Assembly: GCA_963822585.1 (NCBI GenBank)
Contig: CAWGIE010000010.1
Location: forward strand, 155,578-219,577
DNA: 64,000 nucleotides
Source: an uncultured bacterium
GTDB lineage: Bacteria; Auribacterota; Erginobacteria; Erginobacterales; Erginobacteraceae
Direction of reading: 5' to 3'
Shown: positions 56,080 through 64,000 of the stretch, piece after piece
Layout: the number at the start of each line of letters is the position of its first letter
Position numbering within the stretch: position 1 is the first letter of the stretch
Notes under the pieces: generated by a model
What the model saw: only the letters and a program-made list of their open reading frames with translations
Told to the model about the DNA's origin: nothing
Databases searched by the model: none
Translations under genes and position numbers: made by a program

Positions 56080-57845
56080 TGAAGGAAAAGGTCTTCGAGG
56101 GGATTGCCGCCTCACCCGGTTTCGTGGTGGGGAAGGTGTACCGGTTCGATCTGGAAGAGACCGCCGTCACTCCACATCAGATCCCCGAGAAAGAGGTCGG
56201 GGCCGAGATCGCCCGTTTTGAAGACGCCCTCATCGCAACCCGCAAGGAGCTGATCAATATCCGGCAGGACCTGGCCGACCGGGCGGGCCGGAAAGTTACC
56301 GATCTTTTCGAAGCGCACCTTCTGGTGGTGGAAGACCGCACCCTGATCGCCGAGGTGGTCAAGGGAATCGAAGAAAAGAAGCTTAATGCCGAGTATGTAT
56401 TCCAGGAGATGATCGGCGAATATACCAAGGCTTTCCTGCAGGTCAAGGATGACTACATCAAGGAACGCCTGAGCGATATCCGGGACGTCGCCCGGCGCGT
56501 GCTCCATAACCTGACCGGCCGCAAGCGCGCGGACCTGGCCTCCCTGGATGAGGAAGTTGTCGTGGTGGCTCACGATCTTTCTCCCTCCGATACAGCGCTG
56601 ATGCATAGGGAGAACGTCATCGGTTTCGCCACCGATATCGGGGGGAGAACGTCCCATACGGCGATCATGGCCCGATCCCTGGAGATCCCGGCCGTGGTCG
56701 GCCTGGGGGATATCTCAACCCTCGTCAACACCGGCGATCCGGTCGTAGTGGACGGCACCACGGGCCGCGTGATCGTCTTCCCCTCGCGGCCGACCCTGGC
56801 CAGGATAAAACGGGAACAGACGGATCTGGCCCGGTTTGAGGCCCAGCTGAAGGAATTAAAGGACGTCCCGACCGAGACCCGGGACGGTTTCGGCATAACC
56901 CTGGCCGCCAACATCGAGATGCCGGAGGACCTCCCCTCGGTCATCTCGCACGGCGCCGATGGGGTGGGACTTTATCGGACCGAGTACTTTTACCTCAACC
57001 GGACCGATGTCCCGGACGAGGAAGAACAGTTCCGGGCATATGACCGGGTCGCGGCCCGGCTCAAACCGGCTTCGGTCATCATCCGCACACTCGACCTGGG
57101 CGGGGACAAGTTCAATTCCGCTCTGGAGATCCCGCGGGAGATTAACCCGTTTATGGGCTGGCGGGCGATTCGTTTCTGCCTGGAGCGGCAGGATATTTTC
57201 AAAGCCCAGCTCCGGGCCATCCTGAGGGCGAGTTGTCAGAAAAACGTCAAGGTCATGTTCCCCATGATCTCCGGCTATACGGAACTGAAACGGGTCTTGA
57301 AGATATGGGAGGATACCAAGGATGATCTGAAGAGGGAAGGGATCCCGTTCTCTCCCGATATGGAGGTCGGGATTATGATCGAGGTCCCGGCGGCGGTGGT
57401 GGTGGCGGATGATCTGGCCCATCAGGTCGATTTTTTCAGCATCGGCACCAATGACCTGATTCAGTACACTCTGGCGGTGGATCGGGTCAATGAAAAGATC
57501 GCCTATCTGTACGATCCGCTGAACCCGGCGGTGATTCGTCTTATCCACCAGGTGATCACGATCGGACATCAAAATAATATCTGGGTCGGGATGTGCGGAG
57601 AGATGGCCGGAGACGTACTTGCCGTACCCATCCTGCTGGGCCTGGGGCTGGATGAATTCAGCGTGAGCCCGGTCATGATCCCGGAGGTGAAGAAGGTGAT
57701 CACTTCCCTCCACCTGTCCGAAGCCAGAAAATTGGCGCAGACCGTGCTCCAGTATCAATCCGCGGACAAGATCAGGAGCGAGGTGCAGGATGTGCTGGGT
57801 CGGGCGGTTCCCATGCTCCTGAAAAGGGAGGAGAACAAACGATAA
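56079..57845 (+). CDS. ptsI: phosphoenolpyruvate-protein phosphotransferase (enzyme I)
   Basis: GGRTSHTAIMARSLEIPAVVG. PEP-utilising C-terminal domain. Confidence 0.85.
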   Translation: MKEKVFEGIAASPGFVVGKVYRFDLEETAVTPHQIPEKEVGAEIARFEDALIATRKELINIRQDLADRAGRKVTDLFEAHLLVVEDRTLIAEVVKGIEEKKLNAEYVFQEMIGEYTKAFLQVKDDYIKERLSDIRDVARRVLHNLTGRKRADLASLDEEVVVVAHDLSPSDTALMHRENVIGFATDIGGRTSHTAIMARSLEIPAVVGLGDISTLVNTGDPVVVDGTTGRVIVFPSRPTLARIKREQTDLARFEAQLKELKDVPTETRDGFGITLAANIEMPEDLPSVISHGADGVGLYRTEYFYLNRTDVPDEEEQFRAYDRVAARLKPASVIIRTLDLGGDKFNSALEIPREINPFMGWRAIRFCLERQDIFKAQLRAILRASCQKNVKVMFPMISGYTELKRVLKIWEDTKDDLKREGIPFSPDMEVGIMIEVPAAVVVADDLAHQVDFFSIGTNDLIQYTLAVDRVNEKIAYLYDPLNPAVIRLIHQVITIGHQNNIWVGMCGEMAGDVLAVPILLGLGLDEFSVSPVMIPEVKKVITSLHLSEARKLAQTVLQYQSADKIRSEVQDVLGRAVPMLLKREENKR

Positions 57846-58095
57846 TCCCGCTTGCCGGCCCGGTTACTCGTTGCCCGACACGTACTTTCTGCTTGCCAGA
57901 CACCGGCGAGTCTACTATTCTTACCCCTTTTATTTTTCTTGTCCCGATTAATACTTTGGTGGCCGGAAAAAGTAGAATATGAGGCATTGAATTAATGCAG
58001 CTGACTTATTAAAAGTAAATTCGTGTAATTCGCGTAATTCGTAGTTCTATTCGGTTACGCGAGCGAGGCGAGCTAATGGAGAAGGAGGAAGTTTC

Positions 58096-59286
58096 ATGAA
58101 GCCGAAGCATTATATATTTACGTCGGAATCGGTAACCGAAGGGCATCCCGACAAGGTCTGCGATCAGATCTCGGACACTGTTCTGGACAAGGTCATGAAG
58201 GACGATCCCCAGGGCCGGGTGGCCTGCGAGACTTTCATCACCGCCGGTCTCGCCATCGTGGGGGGAGAGATCACCACTACCACCTATATCGATGTTCCCG
58301 ACCTGGTCCGGGAAGTCGTCAAGAGTATCGGCTATACCGACCCCCGATACGGGTTCGACTACAAGAGTTGCGCCATCCTCAACGCCATCGGCCGCCAGTC
58401 GCCCGACATTTCCCAGGGGGTCACCGAGGGGGAAGGGGAGCACAAGGAACAGGGCGCCGGCGACCAGGGTCTGATGGTCGGCTACGCCTGCCGGGAGACC
58501 CCGGAGTTGATGCCGCTGCCGATCATGATGGCGCACCGTCTCTGCCATCAGCTGGCGAAGGTCAGGAAGGAAAAGGTTCTCCCCTGGCTCGGTCCCGACG
58601 GAAAGTCCCAGGCAACGGTTGAATATCGGGACTGCAAGGTGGTTTCCATCCCCCGGGTGGTTATCGCCGCCCAGCACACCAGTGAAGTGGTCGATAAGTC
58701 CGGGAAGTTCATGACCGAAGAAGCGAAGGAAGCCATCCGGGACGAAGTCATCAAGCCCGTCCTGAAGGATTTTTACCGGGAAGGGGAAACGATCTGGATC
58801 GTGAACGGGACGGGAAAATTCGAGGTCGGGGGACCCCAGTCGGACACGGGCATGACCGGACGCAAGATCATCGTCGACACCTACGGGGGTGAAGCCCCCC
58901 ACGGCGGCGGCGCTTTCTCCGGCAAGGACCCTTCCAAGGTCGACCGGAGCGCCTCTTACATGTGCCGGTATATCGCCAAGAACATCGTCGCCGCCGGGCT
59001 GGCCGACCGCTGTGAAATTCAGCTCGCCTACGCGATCGGGGTGGCGGAGCCGGTCTCAGTTTACGTGAACGCCCACGGGACTAGCGCTCTCACCGATGAC
59101 GAACTGGTCGCCCTGGTCCGGGACGTCTTCGCCCTCAAACCCCGGGGGATCATCGAGATGCTCGATCTCCGCCGCCCGATCTATCGGCGGACCGCCGCTT
59201 ACGGACACTTCGGGCGGGAGGAGGAAGGTTTTACCTGGGAGAAAAAGGACAAGGTCGACGAGCTGAAAAAGGCCGCCAAAAAGTAA
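58096..59286 (+). CDS. metK: S-adenosylmethionine synthetase
   Basis: [29 protein letters not shown]. Confidence 0.9.
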   Translation: MKPKHYIFTSESVTEGHPDKVCDQISDTVLDKVMKDDPQGRVACETFITAGLAIVGGEITTTTYIDVPDLVREVVKSIGYTDPRYGFDYKSCAILNAIGRQSPDISQGVTEGEGEHKEQGAGDQGLMVGYACRETPELMPLPIMMAHRLCHQLAKVRKEKVLPWLGPDGKSQATVEYRDCKVVSIPRVVIAAQHTSEVVDKSGKFMTEEAKEAIRDEVIKPVLKDFYREGETIWIVNGTGKFEVGGPQSDTGMTGRKIIVDTYGGEAPHGGGAFSGKDPSKVDRSASYMCRYIAKNIVAAGLADRCEIQLAYAIGVAEPVSVYVNAHGTSALTDDELVALVRDVFALKPRGIIEMLDLRRPIYRRTAAYGHFGREEEGFTWEKKDKVDELKKAAKK

Positions 59287-59536
59287 CACGGACATTCCTG
59301 TCTGTGTGGGGCGTCCTTCAGGCCTAAAGTAGCACAGACATTCCTGTCTGTGCGGGGCGTCCGCCAGGCCGAAAGTAGCACAGACATTCCAGTCTGTGGC
59401 GCGTGCCCCAGCCAAGAGTAGCACAGACATTCCTGTCTGTGCGGGGCGTCCGCTAGGCCGAAAGTAGCACAGACATTCCTGTCTGTGCGGGGCGTCCTTC
59501 AGGCCTAAAGTAGCACAGACATTCCTGTCTGTGTGA
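59284..59536. repeat. tandem array, 5.5 copies of a 46-bp unit (TAGCACAGACATTCCTGTCTGTGCGGGGCGTCCGCCAGGCCGAAAG)
   Basis: Each unit contains the hairpin CACAGAC-ATTCCT-GTCTGTG. The variants are ordered A-B-C-B'-A. Confidence 0.8.
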
Positions 59537-59578
59537 AAACGCCCCTCCCCGCCATCAGCGGGGAGGGGCGTTTTCCTT
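59537..59578. terminator. strong bidirectional rho-independent terminator
   Basis: AAAACGCCCCTCCCCGC-CATCA-GCGGGGAGGGGCGTTTTCC between convergent metK and the intI remnant. Confidence 0.7.
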
Positions 59579-59591
59579 CCGCAAATCCCGT

Positions 59592-59945
59592 TCAGCCGGT
59601 GGCGTTTCCGGGATCGGGGCTCCGGTCCGGCAGGACGTCCAGCGGGCTGCGGGCCCGGGTCTTCAACTCGCGGGCGACGTGGGTGTAGATCATCGTCGTC
59701 TCCACGCTCTTATGACCTAATAGGTCCTGTGTCTCCCGGATGCCGGTTCGGCCTCCGATCTCGGCCAGGAAGAGGTCAAGGGTCTGCTCGAAAGTGTAGC
59801 CGGGGTGCGCCCGCGCGAAGTGAAGAAACTCCTTCACCCATCGGACCAGGTAGGGCTGATGCTTGGGCGGCGCTAATTTTTTCTCGCGCAAAAACTTGGC
59901 ATAATTATTTAGCACCGTCTGGAATTGTTTTCCTGCCTGGTCCAT
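59592..59945 (-). pseudogene. intI: integron integrase remnant with large internal deletion (117 aa instead of about 320-340)
   Basis: N-terminus [32 protein letters not shown] aligns with IntI1 YVHWVRAFIRFHGVRHP...VEAFLSWLA. Its C-terminus [22 protein letters not shown]...RSPLDVLPD aligns with IntI1 [22 protein letters not shown]...RSPLDALPP. The R/K/HxxR catalytic middle is absent. Confidence 0.7.
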
Positions 59946-60639
59946 AACTAATCCCCAGCATTATCCTCAACTTTATATATATTAAGGGAATATAGATGTT
60001 AGATTAATAAATATGATATTTCTGATGAAGTATATTTCCTTTATAAAGAGGGGAGAGAAAAAATCCCGGTTTCTCATTGATAAAATATATCTCGGGGGGT
60101 AAAATACTCCCAGTTTTCCGATGACTGTATGGATGCCCTAGGGGGGCTCTGTGCATCAGTGTTGCCAGAGGGTATACGCCAGGTTTAGCCACCGCTTCTT
60201 TTCGGATGGAGGCGGTGGCTTTTTCTTTTAATTTTGCCTAACAAATATGTAATCAATAGACTTCCTGAAAAAGTACGAATTTTTGCCAAGGATTTGCTTG
60301 TCTCGATTGTCAAATATATCAAAGAAGAGAATCGCCATTATAAATTGATTGGGGCATTGATTTGAAAGCAGGAGTTGTTCCCGGATCCCCAAGGAGCTAT
60401 CAAAATATTGATCTCCCGTATTATGTATAATAAATATACATAACCAGGATAATTAAGGGTAATAGGTAATTCCGCTACCTTTATCCTGATCAGGAACAAA
60501 GGAATACCCGATCTTTTCCGAGGAAATATTGTTGCGAAGGCATCAAAAGGGAGATTGGGTATAATAACAAGATATGCGGACCGCTCGCTAAGGCTCGCTT
60601 TCGCCTGACGGCGAATCCGCTTATCGGAGAGCTGAGCAG

Positions 60640-60775
60640 CAAGCTGCTCGATCAGCTGGAAAGGCTGCGCGCTTCGCGCTCCGCCTATCCAGCCGCTCGA
60701 GCAGAAATCGGCCTAATCGCCGAGCAAGCTCGGCATTAGGTCAATTCTGCTGCTCAGCTTCTCCGTTCTGGAGGT
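60640..60775. repeat. attC-like imperfect inverted repeat (first recombination site of array 2)
   Basis: CTATCCAGCCGCTCGAGCAGAAATCGGCCTAATCGCCGAGC / GCTCGGCATTAGGTCAATTCTGCTGCTCAGC arms. Shares its left end with sites at 62835 and 63730. Confidence 0.5.
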
Positions 60776-60779
60776 AAAA

Positions 60780-61293
60780 ATGAAAATAATTACTAAAACT
60801 AAAGCAGCATTACTAATAATCCCTGCGGCACTACTCTTCACCTTCATCAGCTTTTCCTCCCATGCTGATGACCTAAAGGAAGTGCCAAGAACACAGCTTA
60901 TAAAGCGGGGAGATTTATTATTCAAGGTAGATTCGGAAACGCCCTTCACGGGAAAATCGGTTGGCTTTTGGCCAAACGGGCAAAAGATGTTCGAAGATGA
61001 GTTTATTAACGGCATGCCCCATGGGAAATGGATCGGTTGGCGTGAGGATGGGCGGTTATTCAAAAGAGGAAGAATATATAAAAGGCAAACTGCATGGAAA
61101 AACGGTTTTCTGGCACAAGAATGGAAAAAAAGATTTCGAAGGCACTTATTGTAACGGCATTAAATGCGGTATATGGCTATCCTGGTGGGAGAACGGCGCG
61201 AAAAAGTCTGAGGTACAATACACAGAAGGGAAAATTATCAGCCAAAAATATTGGGATGAACAAGGAAAACCGATCAATTTTCTAGATAAATAA
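60780..61293 (+). pseudogene. MORN-repeat (YwqK-like) secreted protein, frameshifted
   Basis: ORFs 60780..61154 and 60961..61293 are in different frames but both carry MORN-like G.w..w.enG units (GKWIGWREDG / GKTVFWHKNGKK / GIWLSWWENG). The frame switch lies near 61045-61070. Confidence 0.5.
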
Positions 61294-61350
61294 TATTCAT
61301 TTTTCTCTTACTTGAAAATATATGCAAAATCGATAATTGAATTAATCTCC

Positions 61351-61420
61351 AGAACCAGTCGCTACAGCAGACCAGAGCCCGCTCTGCGGGCTCTGGCTGC
61401 TGAGCTCGGCGTTAAGCGAG
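61351..61420. repeat. attC-like site (CCAGTCGCTACAGCAGACCAGAGCCCGC / GCGGGCTCTGGCTGCTG ... GGCGTTAAGCG)
   Basis: Near-perfect 17-bp arms. GTTAAGC fits GTTRRRY. Ends 4 nt before the next ATG. Confidence 0.55.
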
Positions 61421-61424
61421 TGAT

Positions 61425-61808
61425 ATGCAACCATCATCATCAACAGGAAGAAAAGCACGCATGGCGTTGTTGCCTCTCTCGTGGTTAGTCGCGTTTGCCA
61501 CAGCCGCGGGTATTCTGTTAGTTGTAGCTATGATTCGTGGAGTGGCCATCAGACAACTATTACAAACAGACTCTCCTTGGCTTCTAGCCCTAATCTTGCC
61601 CTCGTTAGCCTTTGGGAAGGTTTTGGGACTCATTTTAATCAATCTCATCGCTTATATAACACCACTGCGCCGGGTTTTTGAGAAGGAATGCAGAGACACC
61701 GGCCGTCAAGATTTCTCCAAGGCCATCTTTGGCCTCATGCGGTGGGCTCTCATACTTTTTTTGGTGACTGTGGTCGGAGCGGTTGCATTTCTTTCATTCA
61801 CCCAATGA
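61425..61808 (+). CDS. hypothetical small membrane protein (cassette ORF)
   Basis: 3 TM helices. No family recognised. Confidence 0.5.
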   Translation: MQPSSSTGRKARMALLPLSWLVAFATAAGILLVVAMIRGVAIRQLLQTDSPWLLALILPSLAFGKVLGLILINLIAYITPLRRVFEKECRDTGRQDFSKAIFGLMRWALILFLVTVVGAVAFLSFTQ

Positions 61809-61814
61809 GAACAT

Positions 61815-61887
61815 CGCCTAACAAACCGCTCCACCCGACTTTTGACCGCCATGCGGCGGCCAAAAGCGGGTGAGCTCTACGTTATAT
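61815..61887. repeat. attC-like site (CGCCTAACAAACCGCTCCACCCGAC...GACCGCCATGCGGCGGCC...TACGTTATAT)
   Basis: GCCTAAC is exactly RYYYAAC. The overall layout parallels class-1 59-be sites. Confidence 0.55.
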
Positions 61888-61992
61888 GAAAAATTATCCG
61901 ATTGCTTTAATCGGCTTGTTCCTTGTTACTTCCGCGAACTCTGAATCTGAACTGACTCCCGAACCACCCCCCTTGTCATAGGCACGGATAAT

Positions 61993-62517
61993 ATGCTCTC
62001 CTGGATACTGCCTGATGAGAACTCCAGGGAATACCATACCCCCGAATCTACCATTGAGGAGTTTAACCGACTGGTCGGGGAATGTATTACCACGGAAGGT
62101 AAAATCTGGGAGGGCGCAGAAGATTTAAAGGTCGGCCTTATAGAATGGTTTATCCCAAGAATACTGGCGGAGCATTATAAATTGCGGGGTCGGGATGTGG
62201 TTACCCTGATCGAACAATTCGGACCACCTAAAAGAATCTTGCGGGTACGAGAAGATATCAATCTGGAAAGCCACGAATGGTTGATGAACGATGTCCCCTT
62301 GAGTTTCGGTTGGGTGTTGACGGTCGATGGCGACGATATATGGTTCGAGAAAAGAGCCCCTTTTGAGTGCTATGAATACGATGATTTCTTTATTTGGGTA
62401 GCAGGGAAGGACTCTGATTCAAAAAAAGCTGATAAAGTTTTAGCCATAAGTCCTCGATCCTCCCGATATGATCAATATATCTATAATCTAAATATATTCG
62501 AACAAGAAGATGACTAA
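61993..62517 (+). CDS. hypothetical protein (cassette ORF, 174 aa)
   Basis: No motif recognised. Confidence 0.5.
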   Translation: MLSWILPDENSREYHTPESTIEEFNRLVGECITTEGKIWEGAEDLKVGLIEWFIPRILAEHYKLRGRDVVTLIEQFGPPKRILRVREDINLESHEWLMNDVPLSFGWVLTVDGDDIWFEKRAPFECYEYDDFFIWVAGKDSDSKKADKVLAISPRSSRYDQYIYNLNIFEQEDD

Positions 62518-62590
62518 CATATAACCAACCGCTCCACTCGACCTTGTCCGCTTCGCGGCCCCGGCGAGTGAGCTTTTCGTAGGCTCAAAA
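62518..62590. repeat. attC-like site (CATATAACCAACCGCTCCACTCGACC...CCGCTTCGCGGCCCCGGCG...)
   Basis: The left end is homologous to 61822 and 1676. The internal CCGCTTCGCGG palindrome resembles aadA-type 59-be. Confidence 0.5.
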
Positions 62591-62602
62591 AAAAGAAATC
62601 AA

Positions 62603-62818
62603 ATGATCGAACCTGAAGTAGCCGCAAGGATAGTTGATTCATTATTCAAATCATTATTAATTCCGATCGTCCTCTTCATATTCCTCCTAAAATGGCGTAG
62701 AGATAAGAAGAAGGGACGAGTCAGAAAAACTCTACCTCCAGGATGGGGACGGTTCATTAAAAGATCGGCATGGATAATATTTTGGATTATTTTACTTTGG
62801 ATTACTTCGCTTAGATAA
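62603..62818 (+). CDS. hypothetical small membrane protein (71 aa, cassette ORF)
   Basis: Two TM helices, Lys/Arg-rich loop. Confidence 0.4.
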   Translation: MIEPEVAARIVDSLFKSLLIPIVLFIFLLKWRRDKKKGRVRKTLPPGWGRFIKRSAWIIFWIILLWITSLR

Positions 62819-62965
62819 CCCTTGAACAACAATGAACAAGCCTATCCAGCCGCTCAAGCAGACCGGAAGGGCTAGTGCAACTATCAAACGTATTTATTTC
62901 GCCGGAGGTTTTCGGGGAGCAAACTTTCTCAGTTGGCCCCTTCCGGCAGCTTAGCTTTCCGATTA
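62819..62965. repeat. attC-like site (AACAACAATGAAC...CCAGCCGCTCAAGCAGACCGGAAGGGC / GCCCCTTCCGGCAGCTTAGC)
   Basis: About 85% identical to 63728-63848. Confidence 0.55.
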
Positions 62966-62978
62966 GATATAAATAATT

Positions 62979-63308
62979 ATGAATAAAAATGAAATATCGA
63001 AATCATTTGAAACGGATTTTACAAATCCTGGATCAATAAAATCGGGAGAATATTTGCAGGAAAAGATTTTATCCCGTGCGCGAAATATTGTTCAAAAAAA
63101 TCGTCCGAATTTAATAGAATTATTAAAAGAATGGTTGGCCCTTAGATCGGAACCAAAAACTATGTTAGCTGTGAGATTAGCAAAAGAACTATCATTAATC
63201 GAACTACTTCCAGAAATTGAGAAACTTAAAAATGATATTCAAACTGGAAAATGTTTTTTTCCATTTTACATAAATATAATTAACGATAGTTTAGCTTCGC
63301 TAAGATAG
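62979..63308 (+). CDS. hypothetical protein (cassette ORF, 109 aa)
   Basis: AT-rich. No motif recognised. Confidence 0.45.
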   Translation: MNKNEISKSFETDFTNPGSIKSGEYLQEKILSRARNIVQKNRPNLIELLKEWLALRSEPKTMLAVRLAKELSLIELLPEIEKLKNDIQTGKCFFPFYINIINDSLASLR

Positions 63309-63329
63309 ACGATCTTAATATAGATTTAA

Positions 63330-63425
63330 CCATCTAACAATTCATTGCAGCGGACTTGCGGATAAAGCGCCGCAATGCTCGTTACACTCGCACCCCTTCG
63401 GGGCGCTGAATTCTAACGTTCGCCA
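63330..63425. repeat. attC site, class-1-like (TCTAACAATTCATTGCAGCGGAC...GCGCCGCAATGCTCGTTACAC)
   Basis: The first 23 nt match the aadA-type 59-be start GTCTAACAATTCGTTCAAGCCGAC at 19/23. Ends with a CGTTACAC core-like motif. Confidence 0.6.
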
Positions 63426-63428
63426 CTA

Positions 63429-63773
63429 ATGAAAATAAGTAAAAAGACATCTAAAATCTCTTTGATTATTTACATAGTTTTATTATTGCTTTCATGTTTT
63501 CTGGCTTGCGCCCCTGGTGGACGCGTTTTTTGGTATTGCATAATGACCATCTTTGCGATTCCCCCACTTTTTGCTGGACCACGCTTATATAGAATTCTTG
63601 GAGCGGTTGCGCTCTTAGCCGGAATTATGTTGATTATCTTTGATTACCGTGCTGGTAAAAGTTTTAGCGATGATATCGAGAAAGTCCCGAAACAATATCA
63701 AGATATCAGCTCGACAAAAGATTTGGCAAACCAGTCGCTCAAGCTGACCGGAAGGGCTGGTGCAACTGTCTAA
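63429..63773 (+). CDS. hypothetical membrane protein (cassette ORF)
   Basis: Three hydrophobic helices. The 3' end runs into the next attC-like repeat, so the true stop is uncertain. Confidence 0.45.
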   Translation: MKISKKTSKISLIIYIVLLLLSCFLACAPGGRVFWYCIMTIFAIPPLFAGPRLYRILGAVALLAGIMLIIFDYRAGKSFSDDIEKVPKQYQDISSTKDLANQSLKLTGRAGATV

Positions 63774-63848
63774 CATTTTCAACTTCGCCGGAGTTTTTCG
63801 AGGTAGCATAGTTTTTTAGTCGGCCCCTTCCGGCCGCTTAGATAGTAT
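63728..63848. repeat. attC-like site (CCAGTCGCTCAAGCTGACCGGAAGGGC / GCCCCTTCCGGCCGCTTAGATAG)
   Basis: Homologous to 62835-62965. Confidence 0.55.
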
Positions 63849-63918
63849 GAAAAAGTTGTGAACCTTCTTTGACACAACGGTATTGTCACTGACAACCGTC
63901 AAAGAAAGGAGGTCCACA

Positions 63919-64000
63919 ATGTACTACGTCGGAATCGACCATCACAAAAAGACCAATGCCGTCACCGTGGTGGATAAGGAGGGGACAATCCTGAAACGAG
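63919..64000 (+). mobile_element. IS110-family transposase, N-terminus only (cut by window end)
   Basis: RBS AAAGGAGG. MYYVGIDHHKKTNAVTVVDKEGTIL fits the IS110-family start M..VGID..K....V.V.D..G, including the first Asp of DEDD. Upstream inverted repeat CTTTGACACAACGG...CCGTCAAAG. Confidence 0.45.

Noticed and set aside
59284-59536. Possible CRISPR array downstream of metK
   Set aside because: The 'spacers' between the 20-bp hairpins are near-identical in every unit, so this is a tandem 46-bp repeat and not repeat-spacer architecture. No cas genes are nearby.
60004-60192. 62-aa minus ORF in the AT-rich region next to the intI remnant
   Set aside because: It lies in the putative attI/Pc region, is AT-rich, and has no RBS or motif; probably non-coding.

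Overview
This 64-kb window comes from a high-GC (about 65%) chromosome that encodes LPS and Lpt, so it is Gram-negative in type. It falls into three compositional segments. (i) nt 1 to about 15.4k is a lower-GC (about 50%) island. Its roughly 15 genes all lie on the + strand and are separated by members of a conserved family of 100-200 bp imperfect-palindrome repeats. Several of these repeats start with YTAACAA(T/C)-type motifs and end with CGTTAGAC- or CGTTAC-type motifs, like integron attC sites. I read this as part of an integron cassette array or CALIN, with its integrase lying off-window to the left. The cassettes are defence-type: a CHAT protease fragment, an AlbA_2 (Schlafen-like) protein, a six-gene operon (Hanks Ser/Thr kinase, unknown protein, PD-ExK-like protein, Mrr-like nuclease, sensor-less histidine kinase, REC), a Type IIG restriction-modification enzyme, a P-loop ATPase with a TOPRIM nuclease, and a degenerate toxin-antitoxin pair. 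(ii) 15.4k to 59.5k is core backbone. It carries TauE, an HAD hydrolase, two permeases (one an APC permease fused to a PTS EIIA-Ntr domain), a TolB-like protein, HtpX, LemA and an SGNH hydrolase. These are followed by a very large LPS inner-core, Kdo, heptose and Lpt supercluster: waaA, lpxK, hflKC, a CDF-SPFH fusion, lpxL, heptosyltransferases, a Kdo kinase, glycosyltransferases, an O-antigen ligase, hldD, a heptose kinase, gmhB, kdsB, kdsA, kdsD, kdsC and lptCAB. Then come hpf, hprK, ptsH, ptsI and metK. This segment is peppered with at least five families of small palindromic or MITE-like repeats. (iii) 59.6k to 64k begins with an internally deleted integron integrase (intI) remnant that runs divergently from an AT-rich region. 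A second array of small co-oriented cassettes follows, separated by attC-like sites, one of which looks strikingly like a class-1 59-be. The array ends at the start of an IS110-like transposase at the window edge. All calls are from motif-level reading of the translated ORFs and the DNA; no database search was possible.
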